A stretch of 45,396 bases of DNA from Octopus bimaculoides (Eukaryota), in NCBI RefSeq assembly GCF_001194135.2, contig NC_068984.1, forward strand, positions 38,737,475-38,782,870, given 5' to 3'. Position numbers and translations under genes: made by a program. Position 1 is the stretch's first letter, and each line of letters opens with the position of its first letter. The notes under the pieces were generated by a model, which was not told the DNA's origin, ran no database searches, and saw nothing but the letters and a program-made list of their open reading frames with translations. Below, one piece after another: positions 35,851-45,396 of this stretch.

Positions 35851-37077
35851 TGTAACCATGTTTTGTTATTGTGATTTTCATAACTATTATAATTGTTATT
35901 ATTACTACTATAACAAGTGGTGAAACCACCATAACATGGGTTTGTCACTGATATATTTGAATGGAAAAACGAAAAAGCTTTTCATAAACTTCGCAAATAA
36001 CTTCACTACTTTAGCATGCCAGACAAAATGCTTAGCAACTTTTCATCTTGCTTTATATCTTGAGTTCAGATTCTGCTGAGGTCAACTTTGTCTTTCAAGC
36101 ATTCAGGGTTGATGAAATAAGTACCAGTTGAGCATTGGGGTCAATATAATCAATTATCCTCCTCTCCAAAACTTCAGGCCTTGTGCCTATAGAAGAAAGG
36201 ATCGTTATTATTACTACCAATCTCATTATTGTGCATTTATTAGGAGCACATACAGATGTCTGTGACTCAGGAGCTGTTGCACGTGTGAGTTTGTTTGTTT
36301 GGGTCTGTGTGCTTGTGAATGTGTACATTTATAGATGCAGATGGTGGGTGAGCGAGTTCGAACACCAAAGCACATTTATCCCACTGGCCAGTCTTAACAT
36401 CTGAACACAGTAACCTTGTGTTTGCTGAAGTATTTTCTTTTCTGTAGGATTGCTATAAATTCTATCATCACACTCCTGTTTCTTTCTTTCATCATGCCAT
36501 GCTGACCACTGGCTATCTTTAACAGACTATTTTATCTTTTAATTTTTCTTTATTTTCCCTAATTTTTACATTTTTAATTCTATTATTATTCTCCTTATCA
36601 TCATCATCATTCTTGTTGTTGTTGTAAGTGATATATGCTTTATGTGAAGCATTGCTCCAAAGATTTTTTTTTCTTTTCTCCATCCCATCACACTCCCTTC
36701 TCATGCCTTCATATTCTCTCTTCCGTCTCCTTTTATGGTAACTCTAGTATTCATATTTGCATACTGGTGTATATAAAGGCCTACATCTTTTTTCTGTGTT
36801 GTATTTCTGTTGAGTGATGCTGATGAACAGGATCAGTGGTTTCTGTAACTGAGTGTTAAGCTCAGTTACAGTTACATAATTGATGCCAACCAATCACACG
36901 AAATGCGTGTACATTATATAAAGCATTAACACAGACTACATTTTCTGTGTTCCTTTTCTGTATGCAGTGTGTAGATTCTAACTCTCTGGAATTATGAAGA
37001 CCATCCAACCACATTGAAGACAGGAGTTGCGTGTAAAATTGATCTACCACACTCATACTCTTGAGTTGCACCTTTTG

Positions 37078-37109
<32 letters not shown>

Positions 37110-37112
<3 letters not shown>

Positions 37113-37326
37113 TCATCATCATCATCATCATAGTTTAACGTCCGCTTTCCATGCTAGCATGGGTTGGACGATTTGACTGAGGACTGGTGAAACCAGATGG
37201 CAACACCAGGCTCCAATCTAATTTGGCAGAGTTTCTACAGCTAGATGCCCTTCCTAACGCCAACCACTCAGAGAGTGTAGTGGGTGCTTTTATGTGTCAC
37301 CCGCATGAAGGCCAGTCAGGCGGTAC
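37110..37326 (-). mobile_element. RTE 3' tail copy, nearly identical to 31845-32040
   Basis: (CAT)n-tagtttaacgtccgctttccatgctagcatgggttggacg..., runs into a gap. Confidence 0.9.
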
Positions 37327-38880
37327 NNNNNNNNNNNNNNNNNNNNNNNNNNNNNNNNNNNNNNNNNNNNNNNNNNNNNNNNNNNNNNNNNNNNNNNNNN
37401 NNNNNNNNNNNNNNNNNNNNNNNNNNNNNNNNNNNNNNNNNNNNNNNNNNNNNNNNNNNNNNNNNNNNNNNNNNNNNNNNNNNNNNNNNNNNNNNNNNNN
37501 NNNNNNNNNNNNNNNNNNNNNNNNNNNNNNNNNNNNNNNNNNNNNNNNNNNNNNNNNNNNNNNNNNNNNNNNNNNNNNNNNNNNNNNNNNNNNNNNNNNN
37601 NNNNNNNNNNNNNNNNNNNNNNNNNNNNNNNNNNNNNNNNNNNNNNNNNNNNNNNNNNNNNNNNNNNNNNNNNNNNNNNNNNNNNNNNNNNNNNNNNNNN
37701 NNNNNNNNNNNNNNNNNNNNNNNNNNNNNNNNNNNNNNNNNNNNNNNNNNNNNNNNNNNNNNNNNNNNNNNNNNNNNNNNNNNNNNNNNNNNNNNNNNNN
37801 NNNNNAAGGTTATTGCAGTACACACGTTTCATGCCACTCCATTTATATAAGTAATGCGAGCATTACATTAAATGTAAAATGCAGAGCAATCTTCAGCTGC
37901 ACAAGGATACAGAAAATTTACTGAAAACTTCATTACAGCAGAATGGACATATTACTGTTGTGACAACATTTAAAACAATCTAAGTGGGAAAGAAGAATAC
38001 AAAAAAACCATCTTGACATAGCCAAGGCTAGCAGGCTAGTAATTAATTCTAGGTAGAATTTTAACTGTCCCTGATTCTATTTGTTTTTTATCTAGTGATT
38101 TAAAGGAGCAACCAGCCTTTCTCTTATAAGGAAAAGGAAGGGATAAACATTATACATGGATATGGTTATAAAGATTCCTCTGGTCACAGTGGCAACACAA
38201 TTTGAGGTTGGGTTTTTTTTACTACCATCATATGTTAAATTTCCCCTACTACATTATGATAAGGGACAAGCATAGGTATCTTGCTATAGAGGAGATACTT
38301 GGCTGTCCCAAATTATACATAGGGGTAGTCGAAGTAGCTGAGGAGAAAAAAAAAGATGGAAAGGATGGAATGCCAGTGCAAGGTAAATGTAAGAGAGGAT
38401 ATAGACAGTGGATCATGAGAGAGAAGGAGAGTAAATACTTTCCTAAGCGTGTAAGTGGGAGTAAGAAGTGGTTAAAAATAGGAGTGGATAAATGTAGTGA
38501 GTGATGAACAAGAGTGAAGGTATAATTGAGGAGAAATACCAGAATGGAGAGAGATATAGGAGTGGTTCAAGAAGGAGAATAGATCAGAAAGTAACAGAAT
38601 GATGTGCAGTTGGTTTTAAAGACCAAATGAATTTGCATTGTCTAGTATTTCTATCAGTAGTTATTATTAGAGCTTGTTCTTAGACTTTAAACACCACTGG
38701 AGAGAGAATTTTGTCTTCTAATTATTTAGATAATCTCAGCTGATTGAAGTATTTCAACTCAATATTACATATGTGAGAATCAACCATCAAAGTGCATTGG
38801 TAAAAATGCTGTATGCACAGTTTTTACAAGTCGACACCAAAAAGGAGTATTTCATGCTAGTTATTTCCTGACCAATCAGA

Positions 38881-38962
38881 TTAGTTAAACAGATAAGTGA
38901 CACATTTCCACAAGGCATATTCCTTCATAATTTGATCATAAGTGTACTTGAAAAGAACTGAA
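38881..38962 (-). CDS. Candidate terminal exon B ([S]SVLFKYTYDQIMKEYALWKCVTYLFN*)
   Basis: Acceptor gcttatttcag|; open in phase 2 for 26 codons to TAA. Confidence 0.3.
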
Positions 38963-39517
38963 CTGAAATAAGCAACAAATTAGGATTGCATTTAGGTATA
39001 AGCTAAATAAGCTACAGCTGAATGAACCTCTCAAAATTTCAGAATTGTTTTCATTCCATTCACTACAGTTTCTAGGTTAATTAACAGCAATTAACATAAA
39101 CAAATTATTTCCACAAATATGTAGGTTTCCCTCGTTTTATAATTATGCTTCAATATCAACTTTTCTCATATTTTCCTTATTCTTTAATAAATACCAAATG
39201 GGATCTTTAGAAAGACCTTATAGCTTACAGCTTCCTATAATAGCCCTGAGCATGCAATTGTATGCAGAAGGGGAAAAAATAAGGAAAAACATTTAAAAGG
39301 AAGCAAAAATATATATAAAGACAAGAAGCATTTAGAAAATAAAAGCATTAGAAAATTTTTTAATTGATTCTGAAAGAACTGTTAGAATTCAGCAAATATT
39401 TCATGTTTTAATTCCCTTCAAATAATTATTTTGTGGAATTAACCATAACCTTGTCTTCAATCTGATACAGTAAACAAACAGAAAAGAAATAGAAAAGCAG
39501 AATTTCCATGAACTGAC

Positions 39518-39529
39518 CTTGAATTGATT
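39518..39529 (-). CDS. Candidate 12-nt microexon AATCAATTCAAG
   Basis: Very strong acceptor gtttcttgtttcttcttttcag| followed 12 nt later by AAG|gtcagt; frame-preserving (reads [R]INS[S] in phase 2). Confidence 0.45.
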
Positions 39530-40609
39530 CTGAAAAGAAGAAACAAGAAAGAAACTTGCTATGAACTAATGGAGAGAATAAATGCTAACTCTTATACAAC
39601 ATTAACTTCTTTTTGGTTTGTTAGTCATTGTAATCTTTTATTTTTCACCAAATTCATGAATGTAAATGTTTCATATAATCAACTCATCTATTTTTTGCTG
39701 CACAAAACACAACCAACCAACATGGTGGTTATTGTAAATAAGGTATGGATGTTATGTGCATTGCCCGATGAAAGTCAGTAAAATTAATATCTTTAAGCAT
39801 TTTATTGTTACTGATGATAAATAAGGTTTAAACCATATCAAAACCTACAGTGTAACACTAAGTTGTGTCCATAGTCAAAGCTTATTTTACTTGCCTTAAC
39901 CTTTTTACAAGCAGTTTTCTGAAAGTATGACAAGAGATGGAAGACATCAGTAAGCAATTTTAATTGTTATATCATTTTTTAAAAATATTTAACAGTTCAA
40001 TTTTCAAAATATTAATTTTTTTTCTTTTGTGTGTACGGCCAGGATGACGAGCTCAAACATTCGTTGATGTATGATGAAAAGTAGGTCACATAGTGACTAT
40101 TGTTAAGGAAGTGTCCTGATGTGGAACACTTGTTTCAGAATTAATGCTCTTTTTGTTTTAGTTTGGAGAGACAATCTATATCCATGCCAGCAAAGACGAA
40201 AAATGGTTATAAAATAGAGAGTGATGTTCAATCTTTGATAGCATTAATTCTGTAAGATTTGATACATTACAGCAATTTTATAATTCTTTAATTAGGAGTA
40301 TATTTCCATGCTAGATAAAAAACATATATAAAACCTGTAAAAGAAAATAAATATAAATAAGTGGTTCATAAAAAAATTTTTTATTTGTGTTATTGTTATA
40401 ACATCATATCAAGCATATTTTTAATCCTTAATTAAAACAGGAGCAAACAATTTTCTTTTTTAAATTAACTATTTGGTAAGCATTTCAGCTTATTTAGCTG
40501 TAAGATATGCACCAAATAGTGAATGGAACTATTGTACAATTGATAAATGTTTCTTTAAGCTGCAGAGCTGAACCTCAATCCTTTAGTGGGTTACTGAAGA
40601 GAAAAATCA

Positions 40610-40676
40610 CTAAGTCATGTATCCTTTCCTTTCAATCATTCCATAAAGACGAAGATATTGGTGATACCTTAACAAA
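40610..40676 (-). CDS. Candidate terminal exon A ([S]LLRYHQYLRLYGMIERKGYMT*)
   Basis: Acceptor gctttatattag|; open in phase 2 for 21 codons to TAG. Confidence 0.3.
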
Positions 40677-40705
40677 CTAATATAAAGCATTTAATATTGT
40701 AACAT

Positions 40706-40890
40706 AAGGTGGCAAATGGTAGAGGCATTTCTCTGATTATTTACATTCTGAGTTCAAATTCCACCAAGGTTGACTTTGTCTTACTTCCTTTCAGGTTCAA
40801 TAAAATAAGTACCAGTTGAATGCTGGTGTTGATATAACTGACTATCCTTTCCCTCTAAAATTGCTGGCCTTGTGCCAAAATTTGAAACCA
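40706..40890 (+). mobile_element. Family B SINE (CpG-depleted copy)
   Basis: aaggtggcaaatgg..gagttcaaattccaccaaggttgactttg..ggccttgtgccaaaatttgaaacc. Confidence 0.85.
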
Positions 40891-41304
40891 ATATTGTAAT
40901 ATGATATATAACGCAAAAATTGTGAAAATTATAAAAAGAATGAAGCTAAGTAAATTAGCATAAATGATTCAATAAAAACTAGATAATTTATAATAATTAG
41001 TTTTAATTACCAGTTTCTGAAGAAACTGGTTGTCAACGCTACATTTATCTTTCATCTTTATTATATCAATAAAATAAAGCATAAATAATAATAGTGTTGA
41101 TATAAACTGACTATGCTTGTTTTTCTTATAAATTTCACTGTATTCTTTAACATAATTAATTTGCTCATTCTGTGCAATAAAACTGATATAAACATTTTAA
41201 TCACACATTATAAAAGCCAACCAACATCTAAATATCAATAATGTCCCCTCCAGCCACAACCCAAAATTGTTAGAAAAAGCATGATTTTTCTCTCTTTTCT
41301 TTAC

Positions 41305-41342
41305 CTTTCCACAAATGATCTACTGCTTCTTGATACTCTTAC
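41305..41342 (-). CDS. Candidate 38-nt exon (VRVSRSSRSFVE[R/S])
   Basis: tatgtag| acceptor and AAG|gtaaag donor; phase 0/2, compatible with the previous candidate exon. Confidence 0.35.
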
Positions 41343-41971
41343 CTACATATTCTTAACAACAGATGACCTATACTCCTGTTCACATCCTGTGTGATAGTCA
41401 GGATCATGAAATTTGAATAATGAGAAGCAAGGTGTCAACTGCAATAATCATAAACAACTCTTCCCTAGACATGTTTAGAACTTTTCGGCTGTAACTATGT
41501 ACACTATGAACACACATACATATATGTGTGAGCATGTGTGTATGTGTGCATTAAAATTATAAATGGATAATGTTGCTTACCAGTTACCAAACCAAGTAAT
41601 GCATAATAAGGTCCACCAACTATAATTGACAGCCCTACAAGAGTAGCATATTGCAGCATTAGAATTATGAGAATGGACTGTTGCATAGCTGGAAAAAAAT
41701 AAACATTTAAAATAAACAAAAGGGAAACAATTACATCAAATTTTTTTTTTTTTTAAATACAGAACAGAAAAGGAAATTAATATATTTTAATTCATTAAAT
41801 GTAGTAAGGTTAGTAACCAAAATGCTTAATTTTCACAGATTATAAAATTCAGGGTGGCCAATACTGCCAATATTCAGGTTAATATTTGTCTTTATTGGTA
41901 TGCCTATTGCCAGTTTCAACATATCAATATAGCCACATCTTTCTGAAATTCTTTTGCTGTCCATATTTTAC

Positions 41972-42057
41972 CTTTGTAACAGGAAGTCCAGCCAAGAATT
42001 TGAAACCTCTACTTTCAGTCCGCTGGCCATTTTTTGACCATGAGTCATGGTCCTCAC
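41972..42057 (-). CDS. Candidate exon of an unidentified gene ([G]EDHDSWSKNGQRTESRGFKFLAGLPVTK)
   Basis: Donor AAG|gtaaaa at phase 0. The frame stays open upstream to about 42117 (DKKLFLCKETYRIYIYTLQG), so the acceptor position is uncertain. Confidence 0.45.
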
Positions 42058-42099
42058 CTTGCAATGTATATATATATATTCTATATGTTTCTTTACACA

Positions 42100-42764
42100 G
42101 AAACAGTTTTTTGTCGACTTTTTAAAAATGTTTAGTGCTTTTTTTTTTTTTTTTTTACCCAATTAAATCTTTTTATCAGCATTTCTTTAATAAATGATCA
42201 TCCATGTACAGCTTTCAAAGAAAAGATACAAGCTATGGTCAAAAGCAAAACAAAACTTCTTGACTCTTGCTAAGCACATAGGGCTAGATGTCTCCATTAA
42301 ATTGTATTTCCATTTCTAATGAAGTACGTAACGTATGTACGAGTTTCTGTCAATTTTGTTTACCATACCCACTCACAAGGCTTTGATCTGTCTGAAGCTC
42401 TAGAAGAAACTTGCCCAAAGTGCCATGCAGTATGACTGAACCCTGAACCATGTAGTTGAGAAACAAGCTTCTTATTACACAGCCATGCCTGAGAATGTGT
42501 CTAAATGTGTGCATGAGAGAGAGACAAATCAAATTTAGCAGTACTTCATTAGAAATGGAGATACAATTTAATGGAGACATCTAGCCCTAAGTGCTTAGCA
42601 AGAGTCAAGAAGTTTTGTTTTGCTTTTGGCCATAGCTTGTTTCATCTCTTCTTTGAAAGCAGTACATGGATGATCTTTTATTAAAGAAATGCTGATAAGT
42701 TTTAATTGGCTCAAAAAACAAAAGTCACAAAACATTCTTGAAAAGTCAACAAAAAGGTGGTTTC
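42100..42764. repeat. About 225-bp inverted repeat (42100-42327 / 42541-42764) around a family A SINE
   Basis: The core 42229-42327 is the reverse complement of 42541-42639 with 3 mismatches in 99 bp (counted by hand). Confidence 0.93.
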
Positions 42765-42923
42765 CAAATTTCTGGCAGAGTGAATTGAATCACAAGGGTG
42801 TTTTTCTCACAGACGGTGCCCAAATGACCCTACCATAATGTATAGTCAACCAAATTAAAAACAAACTATGCGCATGCACAAAATTAGAAATATAAAATGG
42901 CAACAATTTACCCATTCACACCC

Positions 42924-42979
42924 TACCATCTCGATTATGCTGCTGTTTCACGTGGAACAGCAGCATAGTTGAGATGGTA
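42924..42979. other. 56-nt near-perfect hairpin
   Basis: taccatctcgattatgctgctgtttc-acgt-ggaacagcagcatagttgagatggta: 26-bp stem, all Watson-Crick or G-U on the plus strand. Confidence 0.85.
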
Positions 42980-43190
42980 TNNNNNNNNNNNNNNNNNNNN
43001 NNNNNNNNNNNNNNNNNNNNNNNNNNNNNNNNNNNNNNNNNNNNNNNNNNNNNNNNNNNNNNNNNNNNNNNNNNNNNNNNNNNNNNNNNNNNNNNNNNNN
43101 NNNNNNNNNNNNNNNNNNNNNNNNNNNNNNNNNNNNNNNNNNNNNNNNNNNNNNNNNNNNNNNNNNNNNNNNNNNNNNNNNNNNNNNNNN

Positions 43191-43930
43191 ATATATAAAG
43201 AAATGAAGTTGGTATGCTCCGCTGGATGTATAATGTCAGTGTGCATACACAACAGAGTGTAAGCGCCCTGAGAAAAAAGTTGGACATAAGAAGCATCAGA
43301 TGTGGTGTGCAAGAGACAACTGCGCTGGTATGGTCATATGTTGTGTATGGATGAGGATAGTTGTGTGAAGAAATGTCACACCCTAACAGTGGAGGGAACC
43401 TGTGGAAGAGGTAGACCCAGGAAGACCTGGGATGAGGTGGTGAAGCACAGCCTTCAAACATTGGGCCTCACAGAGGCAATGACAAGCGACCGAGACCTTT
43501 GGAGATATGCTGTGCTTGAGAAGACCTGGCAAGCCAAGTGAGATTGTAGCCATGGCTGATGCCAGTGTCACATAACCGCCCTGTATAAAAGTACCCTCTA
43601 ATCATTGAGCAATATGCTGTGCTTGAGAAGACCTGCTGAATCATGTGAACTCGTTGTCATGGCTGATGCCAATGCTGTCTGACTGGCACCCGTGCAGGTG
43701 GCATGTAAAAAGCACCATTTGAGTGCGGTCAATGCCAGTGCCACCTGACTGGCTCCGCTGCCAGTGGCGCATAAAAAGCACCATTCAAACGTGGTCAATG
43801 CCAGTGGCACGTAAAAAGCACCCACTACACTCTTGGAGTGGTTGGCATTAGGAAGGGTATCCAGTTGTAGAAATCGTTCAGCCCATGCCAGCATAGAAAG
43901 TGGACTTTAAACGATGATGATAATGATGAT
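43191..43930 (+). mobile_element. RTE LINE 3' end with modular 3' UTR and (GAT)n tail
   Basis: RQLRWYGHMLCMDEDSCVKKC..GRGRPRKTWDEVVKHSL..LEKTWQAK*, repeats of gccagtgcca..aaaaagcacc, ending ctttaaacgatgatgataatgatgat. Confidence 0.92.
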
Positions 43931-43949
43931 GATCTATGTGTGTTTTTCT

Positions 43950-44620
43950 GTCTGTGTCCCCCCATACCGCTTGACAACCGGTTTGGTGTGTCTACGTCCC
44001 CGTAAATTAGCGGTTCAGCCAAAGAGACTGATAGAATAAGTATTAGGATTTGAAAAACAAGTCCTAGTGTTGATCTGTTCGACTAAAACACTTCAAGGCG
44101 CTGCTCCAACATGGCCGCAGCCAACTGATTGAAACAAGTAAAAGAATAAAATACATAATATACATATATATCTGCGTGTGTGTGTGTGTATCTTTCTGTA
44201 TTCATCCCCTACCACCGTTTGACAACAGGTGTTGATGTGTCTACATCTCTATGATCTGGCGGTTCGACAAAACAGACCTATATAATAAGTACCAGGCTCT
44301 ACAAAAGAAGAGAAATCAGTACTGTGGTCGATTCGTTCGACTAAAATTCTCCAGGGCGGTTCCCCCAGCATGGTTGCAGTCCAATGAATGAAACAAGTAA
44401 AATATTAAAAAGAGCAAACACATGATGAATCGTTCATCTTGTATCTTTTACTTGTTTTAGTCATTGGACTGCAGCCATGCTGGGGAACCGCCTTGAAGAA
44501 TTTTAGTCGAACGAATCGACTTGTTTAAAACCAGGTACTTATTCTATCGATCTCTTTTTGCCGAAACCCTAAGATGATATAAACAAAGCAACACCTGTTG
44601 TCGAGTGCGGGGAGGGGGTA
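43950..44620. mobile_element. Three family C SINE copies; the last two are inverted with ends adjacent
   Basis: Copies at about 43950-44150, 44200-44402 and (inverted) 44446-44620. Confidence 0.85.
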
Positions 44621-44649
44621 TCCCATGTATAAATATACACACACACACG

Positions 44650-44810
44650 ACAGGTTTCTTTCAGTTTTTCGTTCATCAAATCCACATACAAGGCTTTTGT
44701 TGGCCTGGAGCTGTAGTAGAAGATACTTACCAAGGTGTTACGCAATGCGACTGAACGCCTGTACCATGAGGTTGGGAATCGATAAACAAATGAAGGCCTT
44801 CTATCCACTA
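44650..44810 (-). mobile_element. tRNA-derived SINE, family A (CpG-retaining)
   Basis: tttctttcagtttttcgttcatcaaatccacatacaaggcttt..gtagtagaagatacttaccaagg... Confidence 0.75.
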
Positions 44811-44926
44811 AAAAAAAGTTTTCACCCTACAACTCTAATAACATTTTAACTGGAAATTTCTGAAAGGTTTTTAAAATCTTTTAGTAAGGGAAGGAAAGTA
44901 TCTTACTTTTACAAATTTAAATTATT

Positions 44927-45222
44927 CTAATTATAATCCAATATTTGTTTATTCCAAGCTAACTTTCTTAACTCATTGCTGCTTATTAAAATTGCGATGG
45001 TAATTGTCAACATGCAAAATAACGGTTTTTTTTCTTTGTTCGTTGAATGTCGCCGAGTTTTGGCGTCAAAGCGATTGTTTTTAAAGGTTATGTTGTTGTT
45101 TAATCCCAGAATCAGGCTAGTCAAGCCGTAACCGTTCTGGATTTTTTCAAACATATCTTGCGAGACAATATATGCAGGCATAACTAGAGTTTGTGCCACC
45201 CAAGACTTTGTTTCCTCATAAC
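44927..45222 (-). CDS. Candidate exon of an unidentified gene (YEETKSWVAQTLVMPAYIVSQDMFEKIQNGYGLTSLILGLNNNITFKNNRFDAKTRR...)
   Basis: About 98 open codons after a possible acceptor tttataaag|. The first half looks protein-like. No strong donor found and no recognised homology. Confidence 0.3.
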
Positions 45223-45396
45223 TTTATAAAATGCATATTATTAAAAGTGATTTCGCAGAAATACATTTTAGAGAGTGTATAAATACGTAATTTTTATGTT
45301 TAAAACATAAACCTGGAAAAGAAAAACGTGAAAAGTACTAAAGTTATGGAAATTGGTGGTAACGAAGTCGACGTAGGTGAGAATAATGATCTGAAA

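Larger units (their letters stand above)
20280..43190. other. Assembly gaps (N): 20280-20605, 23075-23581, 29106-29119, 32087-32274, 33560-34118, 37327-37806, 42981-43190
   Basis: Runs of N, mostly flanked by microsatellites or RTE copies. Coordinates give the span of the set, not one continuous gap. Confidence 1.

Noticed and set aside
36310-37080. Several 50-90-codon minus-strand open stretches
   Set aside because: They lie in different frames separated by stops, are partly low-complexity and lack convincing splice sites; more likely UTR or intergenic.
20183-43461. Long ORFs containing X runs (150-290 aa)
   Set aside because: Artefacts of N gaps being read through.
1-45396. CRISPR arrays, prokaryotic defence operons, rRNA or intact tRNA genes
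   Set aside because: No regularly spaced repeat-spacer structure, no gene-dense prokaryotic organisation and no recognisable rRNA or complete cloverleaf; the DNA is intron-rich and eukaryotic.

Overview
AT-rich, microsatellite-dense eukaryotic genomic DNA with seven N gaps. The repeat content (RTE LINEs with (GAT)n tails, abundant tRNA-derived SINEs, compound microsatellites) suggests a coleoid cephalopod such as octopus; this is inferred, not proven. One gene can be reconstructed completely by hand: a 7-exon, minus-strand BCAS2/SPF27 (Prp19/NTC spliceosome subunit), ATG at 35253 to TAA at 21687, 633 nt, 210 aa, all introns GT-AG and phase-consistent. None of its exons is in the supplied ORF track. 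A second, unidentified minus-strand multi-exon gene is suggested at about 38.9-45.2 kb, including a 12-nt microexon and two possible alternative last exons. The rest is mostly transposon debris: RTE LINEs (one with three C-terminal C2H2 fingers), R4/Dong-like restriction-endonuclease-type retroelement fragments, hAT MITEs and several SINE families. The most unusual signals are: several long fold-back structures beside or flanking exons (candidate ADAR or circRNA substrates); a 56-nt near-perfect hairpin; a CpG-decay contrast between copies of the same repeats that maps likely methylated domains; and a compact E2F/YY1/NRF1/ETS motif cluster at 14.7 kb with no identifiable gene. No prokaryotic features, CRISPR arrays, rRNA or intact tRNA were seen.
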